Origin: Phoronis australis
Taxonomy: Eukaryota; Animalia; Phoronida
Direction of reading: 5' to 3'
Length of the DNA stretch: 64,000 nt
Assembly: GCA_002633005.1 (NCBI GenBank)
Contig: NMRA01000804.1
Location: forward strand, 62,001 to 126,000
Positions 23,017 to 37,792 of this stretch are shown here, one piece after another (the stretch's first letter is position 1; every line of letters starts with the position of its first letter). The notes under the pieces were generated by a model that saw only the letters and a program-made list of their open reading frames with translations, was not told the origin of the DNA and did not search any database. The position numbers were made by a program, and so were the translations under genes.

Positions 23017-23072
23017 GGTAACTAGATGTAACCACGGTAACTAGATGTAACCACACTAACTAGATGTAACCC
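23017..23072. repeat. 19-bp tandem repeat x3
   Basis: taactagatgtaacc... Confidence 0.85.
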
Positions 23073-25637
23073 AGTTAGGCATGTACTACAATTATGCCAG
23101 TGTCCACCAAGGAGTTACATATCTATGTAAGAAATTCATTCATTTTTTTATCTAGTTTTTCACTTAATTACAAAAACAAAAGTCAACATTTATAGAACAC
23201 TTATTTATTTACTCATTTTCAGTTTTCAATAGCAGCACAAACTGACTTCAGTAGACTGTATATATATTATAATCATTTACAGACATGAGCTCCCAAATTG
23301 CCTCTTCACAGCACGAAAAATTGTCTCATATCACAAATTTTCGTTAAACAGGTGCACAGCTATGCATTCTCCAAATAGCAAAGTTACTATGACAAGACGA
23401 GTGTAAAACACCTGTGCTGTGATGGTACATTTTATTTCCAGCTAATCAAATACCAGCACTATCTAAAGATCAAGAGGTCCACAATACCACAATATTTTTG
23501 CCCAGTGCCAGCAAAAAGTACAGAGAAATACTGAGTATGAATATCTTTAGCTCACAACGGTGACGTGTCAGTCGGGGAATACGATAGGTTGCTAATACCA
23601 TTACAAAGAAAGACATTACAAGTGTAATCAGTGGGCCATGCGAGACCCCCCCCACCCCACCCCGCTAAAATTCTTCCAGATTCCATTTGGCAGTCCAGGG
23701 GTGTGAATGTCTACAGGGCAAAATGCTGGCTAATAGTCCGCCCCGTTACTCAAAATCCTGGATACGCCCCCGGTAATAAGATAATACATGGAAATAGAAA
23801 GTACCACCAAATGTGACGTGAGATGTTCTGAAAGCTGCACATCTTTTGAATTCTAATCATGTTATAAGGCTAAGCAGCTCTTTGTATAAAATTATCTATA
23901 CAAGTTTAAGATTAAATAAATCCCCGGAAGAACAAAGCCTTGTTCTGGAAAATAAGAGAGTAGTCAAGACAGCACAAAGCACTTTCTAAAAATTTGCTTC
24001 AAGCTAAAGATAATCCCTCTTATACACAATAGTGTTACCAACATGCAAAAACTTTACAATAAAAATCTTCTGGCTAAGTGAGAATTGAAAATTTAGATCC
24101 AGCAAAGCATACGAGTGGAAGCAGTTTGACACAATAACAACAAACTTTAATTTGACAGAGATCTTGACTAGAGTGCAAACTATGTAGTTAAGAATTGCGG
24201 ACCTCACAAAGACACTGGACTCTGCAAATGGACTATAGGTTACTACCAAGACCACGCACATGTCTATAGCAGGCTTAACTCTGGCATTATCAGTGAAGGT
24301 GGTCAACAAGGAGGCATTCAACACTGCAAGTGTTGCAACATCATGCAAGACTTGTTCATGACATGTCGCTGTATATGTATCACCAGCAGAGCAACTAACC
24401 CAGCATGGTTACTCTAACAAGTGACGAGAGTTGAACGGACCTCACAAAGGAGATGGCTTAAACATGATTTCTCATAACACGATTTGTCAAATTTACGACG
24501 ATAATTTATGTACAAACTTCACGTCTTGTCTCTCGCATGTCATGGAGAAAACAAAAATTCTAAGTTTTATTTTCATGTTACTTCGGTCCACATATCAGTA
24601 TAAAAAACACAACAATTATCCATTGAGATGGCCCCTTGATTTTCCCAAAGCGCAATCATCGGTGAAATATTTCCCAAGACCAAAATCTGAGCACAAGAAC
24701 CTCCACTTGCTGTTCATCGTAAACTATAAATTCGGTGTTCTTCATGATAAACTACATGTAAAAGGTGTTTTATTCATCAAATATCACACAGAAATGATGA
24801 GGAGCAAGACAAACATGTTTTGGTCTCGAGTTTGAGTGACACCTATCCCAATTTTTTATTACACGCGTTCGAAGATTAAGGGAAGGAAAAAACGGGCGTA
24901 AGTCGATGCAAACAATATGACTTTACAGTGCACCTGCCTTCAGTGATTCCCAACATTTAGGTGACTCACTTTCAAATGAGACCACTGAATGACTTGTAAT
25001 ATTAATATCAACTTGTGCCTCATTCAGACTAGAAGCGATTTTATGAGCTTGGGAAGAACAGAGGAGTTGTTGATGAAGACTGGACTCAAAAATGCTGGAA
25101 CTGTGCCAAAAGCATTACGACTTAAAATATGATGGTTCAATCATCATACACTAGATGGAGTTGCTAGTAGGAACACTGTGAGTTAGACTGAAACACCGAC
25201 TCGGGTTTATAGTTTGGCATGTATAGCACGTCTTATAGATAACACTACCCCACACAGTACATTGTACTTTTTTGGATACTTCGGATATTATCATACGAAT
25301 AACATCATCATACAATTAACTTATATTGCACTTTCCTCGATTGATAATGCCATGGATAAGACCATTATCACATGGATAACATTATCTTGCAAACTGAGAC
25401 AACGATCTTCATTTGGCACTGTGTTAATATCCGAGTTAAATACTAAAAACCAATAACAATGTTGATTATAAAGTCCATCCTTAGAACTAGTGATATGGAC
25501 ACTAATTAAAACCCGCTACAATACTTAAAGCCACAAATAGCGCCGTCTATGAGAAATCCGTTTTCATCAGGGCATGTGTCACTTTAAAAGCTTTTTTTAA
25601 TTGACAACATCGGCAATAAAAGGGATTTTTTGAAATC

Positions 25638-25710
25638 AATTCCAGAGTGGATTCGAACAGCGAACTTTGGTGGTCGCAGCCAAATGCACGGCTGACAAAC
25701 TAAGTCACAC
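25638..25710 (-). mobile_element. degenerate tRNA-derived SINE head
   Basis: - strand ...ttggctgcgaccaccaaagttcgctGTTCGAATCCactctgg; B-box present, A-box degenerate. Confidence 0.45.
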
Positions 25711-27118
25711 TTTATGAATAGCGGATAATTTTAAGCGAATTTTGATTCAAGTGAATGTCTGGTAGATAATGGTGAGATCTGGTTTTTGTAATACAATTAC
25801 AAAACAAAATGCAATTTATAGCTCTGGTCAAAGCTAATAACTTCCAAAAGTACACTGTCCAACAGTATAATCCCAAAAATGCATCTTCTGTCCGTAAAAA
25901 CAACGTCACTTGTAATTTATAAAGCAATTTAGCACTTTTGCACCACAACAAAGACGGGCATAGTTATGCCTTTGCATACCAGAAGATTTAAGGTAGGATC
26001 AAGGGGCTCTGATATTGTGTAATTAGTTTTAAAGCCGCAACATGCTTGTAGTCAAATTAAAGCCACATTCACTATTCAATAAATCAGTAGCACCCACTTT
26101 TGGGATCATTCATAATTATCACCATTTCCACAAGTGAACAAAACACATTTCCCCGATCACCCTTATGTCACTCAAGCACTGAACATACTTCAAAAGGGTG
26201 GCTCAATTAAGATGCTGGTGTCCGGTTTGTTGATTGGTTGAATGTTCTTGGAACACGGTTGTGTACTGTGGATAAGCCAGCCTATTGTGATGAATGTTAC
26301 GTGACTCTGGGTGCATCTGACAGTTCAGTAGTGGCTCCAAGAGTCAGTATATGTGTTTGAGCTGTTGTCCAGGATAAAACTGTCACAACAAATTATGCAA
26401 GACCTGTATGTCACAGCCTTATAATCGTGTTAAAAAATCGATAATTATCAAAATGCCTGAATGGGTGCACCCGTCAAAAGAATCATGGCAATGTTAAAAC
26501 TGCTGGTTGTTTCGTCATACTCAAAACGGTGTGCAAAAGCAATATATAAAGCCATAAACTTTGACCTTTCTCATCGCCATTTTCATGACATCAAAAGTGT
26601 AAGCTAGAAGAGTACCTCGACTCACCCCCAACATAGAGCATGTGTTTTGTACACTCCTAAAAAGGAGGATAATCATGTATGGTTACTAAGTGCACAAGGT
26701 CATGCACCTAGGTAGACGTCAACACCATCCTGCCTCTGGGCCGGGGGTAGACCTCCCAAAAAACCGAAGTCACACCCCTTCACATAAGTAGACTGGACTG
26801 AAGTGTCTTCCAATGTAGTTCTCGATAAATGCTCGAAAACGTGAAAACTTTTGATACCATTGTGCTTTGGCAACACTGCGTCGTCTATAAAGCAAGCCAC
26901 CAGTAGTCAGCATTATGAGATTGCAACTTGCTTCACATGACATGTCAATAACTACAATGATAATCACAGGTAATGATTGCACCCAAAACATATCTCCTCT
27001 CTCTTCTTAGATATGCAAAGAATTAGTCGTAGCCGTGGCTCAAACTGCCATCATACGGACAGGAGTACTGAAATCTCTCTTTTCTTGAATATTCACAAAA
27101 TCCATCAGTAGCCATTGT

Positions 27119-27366
27119 TCACACTGAGGTCATCATGACAGGGGTCCCCTCACGATCGGGAATCTCAAACTGTATCACCTGTTGTGAGGGGTCATTAGGG
27201 TCTATGTTCGTGTTTGTCACCTTCATTTTCTGATGTGGCACACATACATATACTGGTTTGTACAGGACGGTGTCTGACTCAGATTCCAACGTGCCGTCAT
27301 AAACTTGACCTAGTTGGAACTCGGGACTAATATACATTCCACCTTCCACGTTGTCTGCGGAGATTT
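27119..27366 (-). CDS. ARRDC-like terminal coding exon
   Basis: ttgcag|EISADNVEGGMYISPEFQLGQVYDG...LYKPVY...TPVMMTSV*; phase fits exon 6. Confidence 0.88.
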
Positions 27367-27384
27367 CTGCAAAGAAGAAATAGT

Positions 27385-27742
27385 TTGCTGAAACTTGAGA
27401 TCCACAAGAACGGTGTAAAATTTACTTGAAAGTCGAAGTCTACATTGCAGCTTTCAAAAATGTCTAAGAACAACTCTATCAAAAGCTTTTTTTCTATCAA
27501 TATTTACAATGATTAGGTTGCTATGTAACAACACCTTTACTTCTCTTAATATCCATAAATTGAAGATTTCTGTAAAGAATTATAGGTTGATGAAAATTGT
27601 TGACTCAACAGTGCAAATTTACATGAAAGTTGAATCTTATATTGCAGCTTTTGAAAATGTCTATAAAAAGATTTCTAGCAACATTTACAATGATTAGGTT
27701 GCTAAGCAACCACACTGTCACTTCCCTAAATATCCATAAACA
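27385..27742. repeat. diverged ~200-bp-period tandem duplication next to the last ARRDC acceptor
   Basis: aaatttac.tgaaagt.gaa...attgcagcttt...tttacaatgattaggttgcta...aatatccataaa occurs twice. Confidence 0.8.
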
Positions 27743-28141
27743 TAGTGGCACATTATAATTCTAAACTCAGGCTTCCACAAATGAGAACACGGTAGACAAA
27801 AATGTTCATTAAAGATTTAACAGTACCATAGATTTGACTGTGATAAATGACATTTCTCAATAACTGCAGTGTGATTGTGTGCTTTTTTATTTGGTGTCAC
27901 AAACCACACAATTTTACAGCGTGGCTAATTAACAGATTGCCAGATGGCAATTAAAAGCTTTGCAATTAACCAAAGGATTATTGCCATTTTCGGAAACTGA
28001 AACCTGGAATTTTACACCGTTCTCAACACAAAGTGTCAATCACAGAAGTGTCAATAAAAGTATAATCATTTGAGTGAAATCAGATAATACTTTCATTGAC
28101 ACTTATAGATTCATTGTTGACAGGATCAAAACCGTAGTTAC

Positions 28142-28253
28142 CATATTTGACTTCAGGTGGCGCTGAATTAGATATTCTATATGGGACTGTTGCTATGGTG
28201 ACGGGAAAGTCTAATACCAAGTCTTCTCCACGTTTGTCTATGAGAAGGCTCAC
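28142..28253 (-). CDS. ARRDC-like exon 6
   Basis: VSLLIDKRGEDLVLDFPVTIATVPYRISNSAPPEVKY; aacag|/|gtaact. Confidence 0.92.
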
Positions 28254-29251
28254 CTGTTAATTACAACATTAGTTCCGTGATCAATAATATATGGAGTGAA
28301 TAATTCTTCAAGGAAAGTTTTGAGCTTCGGTAAATTGGTACAAAGAGAGGAAATATGTACTATAATGTATTGTAATGACATTCATGCACAATTACAAGTT
28401 ACGCTTTAAAAAATACAATGGACCCAACCTTTAACAGGCTTACAAGTCACTTAGAAGAGAAGAAAAAAAATCTCATGCCTAAGCAGATGTCAACACAAAC
28501 TAGTTTACTACTATGTACATATTTCGTCTCCTGGTAAAAACAGCACTGATTGTTATTTCCATGCGGCTTTGGCTCATCATGAAATCCAACTTTTGACCTA
28601 GACTTAAATGTAAAAGCGTATCATTGATCAGAGGAACATTTTAAATAAATCTCTTCCTCCTGTACTAAAATTTGACACCTAAAAATCATAAATACACAAC
28701 GGTGTAAGTATGTCTACTTTAGACAAAAGAACATCAAGACATCAATCAAAATGCAAAATACCATCACGTATGACGTTGAAATCACCGTATGGTTTTTCAG
28801 CCAGAAAAAAAATCGTAAAAATCGTGAAAATTTTACATTAGAATACAACGGAAATATGTTTTGCAATATAAATACAATAACTGTCATTGGTTTATAAATG
28901 AATTATACAAGTTAAAATGTACCACAAGGCAAAAGTAATCTGACAGAATACCATTTTCCCATCATAACAGCTAATTCTGTTAACATCACAAATGACATGT
29001 AATAACTGTTAGGGCAGTATTACAATTATTACAGAATACCTTCCAGTTACCTTACTAACTTTCCCGTTAATTACACTTCGTTCTCAGTCGTGAGGGTAGA
29101 CTTAGTCTGACGATGAATTTAACTTCTGAACAGCCGTTGTGACGGGGAATTCTGGGACATTTTGCCGATTATTTTTTGGCTTGTACTGCAGATGGTTAAA
29201 TTACAGTAGCAAATTTCCACAGAAGTATCAAAGATAAAATGTTACACTTAC

Positions 29252-29455
29252 CCTAAGAACATAGTATATCTGTATTAACTTGCAAACATCCACTAATGTG
29301 GGGGGCACCACGGGGACTTGTAAATACTGACTTAGTTTGTCTAGTTTGACTGTGGAGTGAGGCGCCACAGGGGCACTTTTGTACTCCCACACAGTCTGAC
29401 AGACATCTTTAGTCAAGCCCAGGACACCCCTACTACTGATGTAGTATTCGACAAA
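29252..29455 (-). CDS. ARRDC-like exon 5
   Basis: FVEYYISSRGVLG...LQVPVVPPTLVDVCKLIQIYYVLR; ttcag|/|gtaagt. Confidence 0.93.
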
Positions 29456-30263
29456 CTGAAACGAAAAATCAAACCGATGATAAAATAATGCATTTTGATT
29501 TAACACATAATAAAGCGGATGGATTTTTTTCAAAATTCGTGAATGAAAACATTTATTTTTCAAAATTCAGAAACACTAATTGACTGAATCATTGGCCTGG
29601 TTCGCACTGAACATCTATCATAAAATGAAAATAAATTGTAGATTTCAACAAAAAATAGAATTTTTTTACAATTATTCTTGGTGTACTACTCTTAAGTTTA
29701 TTGATCAATTATTCAACCCAATTCTCTCAAAGACTGTTCCTGGACTTAATACAACAAAAAATTGGAAACTTCCGAAACAGCTGCACATAGTGTTAAAAAA
29801 TGAACGTATCTGAATTAACCAGGTACCTGCAGGTTTTAAATGGTAACTCTGAATTACGTCGGTTAATAATCTGTACATAAATACTGTGATTTTCAAAATA
29901 CCTGACCAGTTGAAAGTACCCCCTGGCAGTCTATCTGCCAATCAATTTCCTTCAAAAGCCATCATGGCAGTATTCAGGCTACAACATACTATTTTTACCC
30001 TGCCATTATATCCTCCCACAATGCGTTTCATTTTTTATGAACTTCCGGAATATAATTACCACTTTCCCCAATTACAACAGAGAAAGCAAGTAAAGTTAAC
30101 TTGGTAAGTACCAAGTACATATTTCATGCGTTTAGTTTCATCTTTTTCTCAGTTCTAAGGAACACTTTTCGTCGTTTTTGAGGACTCCCCGAAGTTACAC
30201 AAAGAGTGTGTATCGTCACGGGCTAACACAGAATACCTCACAAAAGCTCATTCTTGTACCTAC

Positions 30264-30443
30264 TTGCAATAAGTAACACTTCAGCCAGGCGCGTCTGTCA
30301 CTGCCGTTCTGTACAACGGCCTTTAGTTTGAGATTCTCTCCACAGCAGTAGGCACTACGGATGATGGTCGCCTGCAGAGACAGAGGTCCTGTATTACAAC
30401 AGAGACAGCAGGTGTTTTGTTGATCCTCGCTGCTGAACGACGC
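30264..30443 (-). CDS. ARRDC-like exon 4 (start of Arrestin_C)
   Basis: ASFSSEDQQNTCCLCCNTGPLSLQATIIRSAYCCGENLKLKAVVQNGSDRRAWLKCYLLQ; CCxCC..GP motif; tctag|/|gtaggt. Confidence 0.93.
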
Positions 30444-31670
30444 CTAGAAAGGGAGAAAACGGGGAGAATGAGGATTTTCCACAAGAAAAATGTTTTTCTT
30501 GATTTTCTTTAAAACTTTGCTTATATCTAAAAAATATGAAGATTTTATTCTTACAGTCTGAAGGTGAAGGTCAAAAAAATCTGAAAATTTCCTTTGGTCA
30601 AATTCAGAGGACTTCATCAATGCCACTGCTGTTGCTTTCCAAATGCATTATGGGACATTTATCCACTTATGAATATCCAATGACGTCACAGAAAATTGGT
30701 AATGTGTGATGTATAAACAATATGGCGGAAAGCAACACTTGGTCCCTTGAGGAGCTGCACCATACTTAAATTATAGTTTGTAGCTTGCTTTTAGTGCAAG
30801 TATAGACTATAGTACATGCGCCGCCAACTCCGTATATTTTCAATGGAGGAAATCTAAGCCGTGACGTCATTATTCACAGGCGACACCTGGCAGACATAGC
30901 ACGCTTTACTTCCGGCAAGTACGTTGTCTGCTAACCATGGTCATTTCGTCAAGATTTGGATCTGCAATTTTGTCTGACTCACATCTGCATTTAAATAAAT
31001 TGAATACTCGTAAAACATTAATTTCTAAAATATAGCTCATATTAATGCCCCACAAATAACCACCAAGCCTACTCAAATACCAATCTCGCACTTCAACAGC
31101 AGTTCCCACGTTCCACGGGACATTTCATTTTAAGCTCAAATGCACGATGGTACCGCTCAAAATTTCTGGACTCTACTGTTGGAAGACCTTGAACAGCGTT
31201 TCTGAATGCCGCTAGTATACTTTTTGTTGTATTAGACACAAAATAGATGGAAGAATTTCCCGTCACAATACACTAACCAGAAGCTGAGTTTGGTATGTTT
31301 AGAGGGTGGCGCCTCCGTCCTCTAGGATATTTTGCAAGAAAATGTCAGAGTTGCAAATCTGTTGTCTATGACCTATGGTGCAAGTATTACAAAGCAATTA
31401 TTGAACAGAAACAAAATGAGCCGAAAAATGTCTCCAATAAATAACATAAATTTGCAAAGTCTTTTGCGCAGAATTCTCGAAGAATGCCGGACCATCCAAG
31501 GTCAAATTTAATTACCTAAATTATGAGTCAATTTAAAACATTCTCCAGTTATCTGTTACATCACTCGATGTCTACAACCAGACCAACACCCCATAATGCA
31601 TTTAAACAAGAACAGCAGTGCTGTAGATGAAATATACCAAACTGGCAGCAAGTGGCCAACATGTACTCAC

Positions 31671-31900
31671 CAGGTAACGTTCATCCATGCAGTCAGTGTG
31701 AGGTCCAATGACCGTGAAGTATTTAAGACCCTGTGGAGTGGATGCGTACGGGATGTCTATGATGACTCGAAGATAGTAGCGAATTGTGCCTAGCTTACTC
31801 TCAAATGAACAAGGTAGAGCACTTTCTGGCAGTTGAAATGAGAACGGGTAGCGATGAGCACCCCTCGGCATTATGGGTATGCTGATGTCTTCTCCTTTTT
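31671..31900 (-). CDS. ARRDC-like exon 3
   Basis: EKGEDISIPIMPRGAHRYPFSFQLPESALPCSFESKLGTIRYYLRV...DCMDERYL; hallmark G.H.YPFSFQLP..LP.SFE..G.IRY. Confidence 0.95.
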
Positions 31901-33752
31901 CTGGAAATGAACAAAGTAAAAACCTCCTTTAAGTCAAGTATAAGGGAAAAGTCGCCACTAAGCAAGGAGAGCAACTCTTACACTGAAATGTGTGCACTGT
32001 TTCAAGAAAAACGTACCTGTCAGAGAGTTACTCCCTAAACCCCCACCATCGCCTTCGGAAGCATAAATCCCTTTAATAGGCTATAATTTCACGCCACAAT
32101 AAATTTTTTGTTTAATTCATAAAACTATTTTGAACATGTCTTGGAACGGTAATGCAGAGCATTGCTATTCACCCAAATAGCATGCAGGCATACAATGAAC
32201 GACCAGTATTTTAAAGATTCCTACAAGAGGGAGCAACACTTCAAAGAGATACTCAAATACATCTCTTCATCTTACAAAATATGCATAGTGTTTAAAGCTT
32301 CCGTAATGTGTGGCAGATGACAATTACAACACCAAATGGTTGATATTAGACATAACTTTTACAAAAATATGCAGTGGAACATTTATCGACAATATTTGAC
32401 ATGAGAAATTTTTGAGCGTTTTTGTGTGATAAGATAGGTGAACAGATAATATAACATGTCGTGATACTATACCATGTAATGAAGAAGTATTACTACAGAT
32501 ATGACATGTCATGACATAATACGATATCACGATCAGATTAAAGTCCAGACAGAGAAGGGCTATGGCCTTTTAATGAGCTTACAGGAACCAAGGTGTCAGA
32601 ATGTAGATGTAAACAACATGTGGTATGTATAAAGTTAAGGTCAACTGTGGTGTTCAGTAGGTCAGGAAATAAATTGAAACTTCAATATATCAATTGGTTG
32701 AGCAAATACGGTCTTCTGCCTATTAGTGTAACACGAATGATCATTTGTTGTACAATTCTAGACTGAAACAAACACCAGGTGTTTTAATTGTCCTTAATAA
32801 ACCTACAGTTATACAAGACACCAGAATAATGTCCAAATTTGACAGACTTCAGAACATCATACTTCAGAATTATGGCTGGTTGGAAGAATTGTTTTTAAGA
32901 CGACCTTTAAGGGTTCATCAAGAGAGGTTATCGAATCTAGGACTTTTATGATCATGACAAGTTACATCAACTGAAAGTTACCAAAATTTAGTCATTTTCC
33001 TAGGGCTCTACATAATCACAAAATTTTCAAGAAAAATGGATAAGCGTTCCATCTCATTAAATTTTACCTTTCACTCTAAGCAGCACACAACATATAATCC
33101 AATACTGTTTGCACTCGAAACCAATAAAATTCTTTTATGTACCCCATCTGTATGTCAAGTGCTAATTATCAAGTTCACTTATTAAGCAATAAAATAGTAA
33201 CTACATACCAAAAATATACCATAGGGGAAGTCAAGTAGAGTAAATTAGGAAGGAATTTCACAATTACTTGGGACAAAGGTAATTACTTAAAGTAGCATTT
33301 TCTATTTTCAAATGTTAATTAGATTATTGCTAGAAATTTCTTAAACAAACTATACCACATTTTCTTGCAACAGTTAACAATGCATTCTAACTGATGACTA
33401 AAATTTTCTTACCCGATAAGTCATTTTTGTTTAAAAATTTGGTAATTTGAAAGTTCACCAGTCTTCTTTTTTGCAATCATTTCATCTCATACCCCCCACT
33501 TCAGCACATACCCCTTTACTTGCCAGCCAAATTAGTGTTTTTACCTTCCATCATAGATTGGCAGAATTTTGCCAATTCCAAAAAGGTTTTTGATACAGGA
33601 ATTATAAGATTAAGAGTCTACTAGTTACGAGATTATGTTATGATTTTATTTGCCTCGACGTGAAAGTCATCATGTAGCCTATGCTTAAAAAGTAGTTGCA
33701 GTGTAGCTGTTCATCGTATGAATAATGAATTATAAAGTTCGGACAACACTCT

Positions 33753-34098
33753 GCATGCTGCAGCACCCTGCATACACACTGCAACATCACGCATACGCAC
33801 TGCAACACCATGCATACGCACTGCAACACCCTGCATACGCACTGCAACACCATGCATACGCAGTGCAACACCATGCATATGCAGTGCAACACCATGCATA
33901 CGCACTGCAACACCATGCATACGCACTGCAACACCCTGCATACGCACTGCAACACCATGCATACACACTGCAACACCATGCATACACACTGCAACACCAT
34001 GCATACACACTGCAACACCATGCATACACACTACAACACCATGCATACACACTGCAACACCATGCATACACAATACAAAACCCTGCATACATACTGCA
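33753..34098. repeat. 21-bp minisatellite, ~16 copies
   Basis: (catgcatacacactgcaacac)n; explains the repetitive ORFs in five frames. Confidence 0.97.
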
Positions 34099-37000
34099 AG
34101 AGCACTCTTTCCGCATTTTCCAGATGACATTTCACTGAAATCGTTACCTGGGGCCACGTCATCACAAAGGGCCCTGAGCGTTCATATAGAAATATTCATG
34201 TTTTGAAAAATTCTTCACGCAATTAGAAAGCATAAAACTTTGTTGGTGGTCACAGGTGATCTGATACGGGGGGGGTAAACATTCAAGAGTCTTGTTGGCA
34301 ACTGGTCACGTTTGCATGCGTAAGTCACATGTCCCAATTGGATGGCATTAGTAGTTTGACTGAAATGTCGGAATTACGCACTGCCAAAATGCAATTGTCA
34401 TTGAAATCTGACTACTTTGTTTCTTTAGACACAACACAGTTATTGAAAAACAAAATTAGTTCATTTTGTGGGTAATGCCGATAATAGAATGATTAAGAAT
34501 GCTTTTTCATAGTAAATAAGCAGTTGAGAGACCTAGCTAACACTCCAGCTTGTACTCACCAAAGACCACTATAAAGAAGATAAAACAATCAATGACTGGA
34601 GTACGACAGCAGGTGGCATTAGCAATTATAGACAAGGATACACACTTGATTGACTCTAAACACCACTTAGGTCCAGTAAGTCGAACATTAACATAATATT
34701 GAACTAGAAATGATTACTATGGCCCATAGCTGGTATATACTACACCTTAAGTACTTTTAGTGACAAAATGCCGTGAACAGAATCGCAAATTTTGAGTTGT
34801 AAGAGGCCCCCATATTTGGTAATAATCTAGAACATTCCACGGTCGCAATTATGGTGAGAATTGTATAAGCACTCGCCAATAACTGGACTGTTTTTGTAGC
34901 AGATTGAAATACACGGGTTGTCATGACGACTGATGAGACGCCACTCTGTGTGCACACTCCCAGTGTCCTTACATCTGTCTATAAAAAGCAGCAATTCCTT
35001 TAAGACAATACTAGGAAACAACCGCTACGCACCACTGTGCGCTGTGGGAACACAACAGCAACTTTCACACGAGCCAATTTCTAATTCTGGAATTGCAATA
35101 CAAGCTGAGATAGCCAGGAAACAACACAATAACTTTCATTCAAAATATTTTGATACCAATTCATGATGTCAGTCACCTCATTACGCACAGTGGTTGTAAA
35201 GAATTTAGCAAAATGTTGGGAAACCCACTGTATTAAATCGACAAGAAGGTGAAATGTTGTGTATTTTATCCTCACAAAGCAACAATGCATATTTCACTAC
35301 CTCGCCACAATATCGAAAAATAACTAATATTGTGAATGATACTATTTGAGAATTACTGCCTCTACACTAGTAAATATAACAGCATTGTATAATCGTATAA
35401 CTCATGGCTCTAGGAAGCTACGAGCAAGGTTTAATTAAACTTCTAAACGGGCAGAAACGCAAGAGACTGACGAAACTAGCCCACCACTTTTGTATTGTTA
35501 GGGGTCTTATTGCCAGAGAGCGAGAGGGATAGGACCCATGACCCCACAGATAACTATTCACCAGAAATCATAGTTGTAAAGAGAAAGATGCCTGCTTAAG
35601 GTATTTTATTTATTTGGTAAAGTCAAAGACTGGCTATAACAATAGCAACAGTAATTTTTCATTTTTTTACTGAACAATATGAAGTTTTATTTCCTAAAAT
35701 TACTTGAAAAATAAAGATTAAGAAAATGTTATTATTTTATTCACTTGGTTTGCTCTGTATAGATGTTATTAAATAGTAAATATTCCATTACATGTAGCAA
35801 TCATTTTTGTAAGAAATGAAAAATGGATTAGCACATTTAGGTTATAAAACAACGGTCAATTGGTTAATTCAAAATACTAAAGTACTCTTCCGCTGCCTTT
35901 TAGAGTTGCACACTACCCCTTCTTGACCCAATTGAATTTCAGTTTCACAAGAAATAACTCAATTTAATGGAATTGGCAGTTTTACCAAATTCTGAATGAG
36001 AGTCAAATTTTCCCTTTTTTAACAGTTTTGATCAATCACTTACCAGTTTGAATTGGGATCGAACAATGGCCTCTAAACTGCCCATCGTCAAGGTTCGATT
36101 GACGTAAATTCAAAATAATTACGATTTGATACCAAAATTTGAAATTTCAGACGCCGATGTAAGTACTGAGGTCAGCAGGGTATAGATTTCAACCAAAACC
36201 CTTCACTGAACGTTGATAGTGTTTTGTCAACTCAAATCTTGAATAGTCTCCCCTGTCTCAACATAGGATATCATCATCTCACAATATCATAAAACAATGA
36301 ATGTTCATCTTGGGCTGAAAGTTTCTTTGCAATCCAACAACAAATAACACAAGCAGTATTAGTGATTCTACCTCATCATATATCCAGCAAATTTATTCAG
36401 TCCTGGGAAATGTACTTCTATACAAAGCATGCACTGAAAGAGTTAAATTATGCGTAATACCATAACAACAATTAAATGGTACACTTATAATAACACAACA
36501 GTGTTCCCTCACAATAACACCATAATCAGGTCTACTTAGGAATTCAGATGTGTTGATGCAGAAAATGCCAGACAACTGGCTATCAGTCAATAAAAACAAC
36601 AAGACTAGTGGATGTGTTTTTGTAGCAGCTATCACATGACAATCTCAACAAATTAAATAAACAGCAATAACAGTCAGGAGAGCATGCAAGCAAAAACATG
36701 ACTTGTCATTTGGTAGATAATGGATGACAAACCATTAAAGATATGAGGGACCCTCAGTAGAAAAATGGTGGTCAAAACAGGCTAATTTCCGAAGATCATA
36801 CATCAGGAATGGCTGACCCAATTCATCTGAAATTTTGAGATACTATGCTTTAGCGCGCAATCCTCTGAACAGTTTTAGGAGTTGTCTTTACAGCGCTCCA
36901 CTTCAGCACGCGGGGCTATCACAAATAGGACTAAAATTATTTTCCATTAAAATTCTCAAAAAGTTGCATAAGATACAAAAATGTCAAACAAAATTTGGTT

Positions 37001-37415
37001 ATACAATCCATAACATTGGTTTTCTATGAACGCGTCTTTCCTTTTTTCCTAAATTTTTATTAAAAAAGATATGGTCATGTGACCAAAGTACTTGCAGTTT
37101 GATATGAAGTCATAAATTAAACTCTTAGCTTTCCACTTTCTGAAACTTGGAATAAAAATATACCTTTCTTTAGCCAAATTATAGTTGATATTTGACTAAA
37201 TATACAATCGTGTCCATTAAGTCCTACAAAAATTTAACTGCATTTCCTAATAAAAGGCTGTACAGGTGTTACAAGTCAAGGACACTAAAGCAAATTCATG
37301 GAAATGCATATTATATGGGTCAGTAACAACTGAACTTGTGGCCTCAGCACTTGATTTATCTACAAGCATATCAGAGAGGACTCTTCCTTATGTGAGGAAC
37401 GTTCAGTACAGCCAA

Positions 37416-37473
37416 GTGAGTGAGGGGGGAGTGAGTGAGGGGGGAGTGAGTGAGGGGGGAGTGAGTGAGGGGG
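37416..37473. repeat. 15-bp G-rich repeat running into an assembly gap
   Basis: (gtgagtgagggggga)n. Confidence 0.9.
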
Positions 37474-37792
37474 NNNNNNNNNNNNNNNNNNNNNNNNNNN
37501 NNNNNNNNNNNNNNNNNNNNNNNNNNNNNNNNNNNNNNNNNNNNNNNNNNNNNNNNNNNNNNNNNNNNNNNNNNNNNNNNNNNNNNNNNNNNNNNNNNNN
37601 NNNNNNNNNNNNNNNNNNNNNNNNNNNNNNNNNNNNNNNNNNNNNNNNNNNNNNNNNNNNNNNNNNNNNNNNNNNNNNNNNNNNNNNNNNNNNNNNNNNN
37701 NNNNNNNNNNNNNNNNNNNNNNNNNNNNNNNNNNNNNNNNNNNNNNNNNNNNNNNNNNNNNNNNNNNNNNNNNNNNNNNNNNNNNNNNNNNN
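37474..37792. other. assembly gap (319 N)
   Basis: run of n. Confidence 1.

Noticed and set aside
24004-24835. 114- and 134-aa ORFs between the two genes
   Set aside because: Non-ATG starts, no recognisable domains, AT-rich; consistent with 3'UTR or intergenic sequence
33638-34157. Long repetitive ORFs (MHGVAVC, CCSAYAW, etc.) suggesting a metal-binding or structural protein
   Set aside because: By-product of a 21-bp minisatellite open in five frames; no splice or homology support
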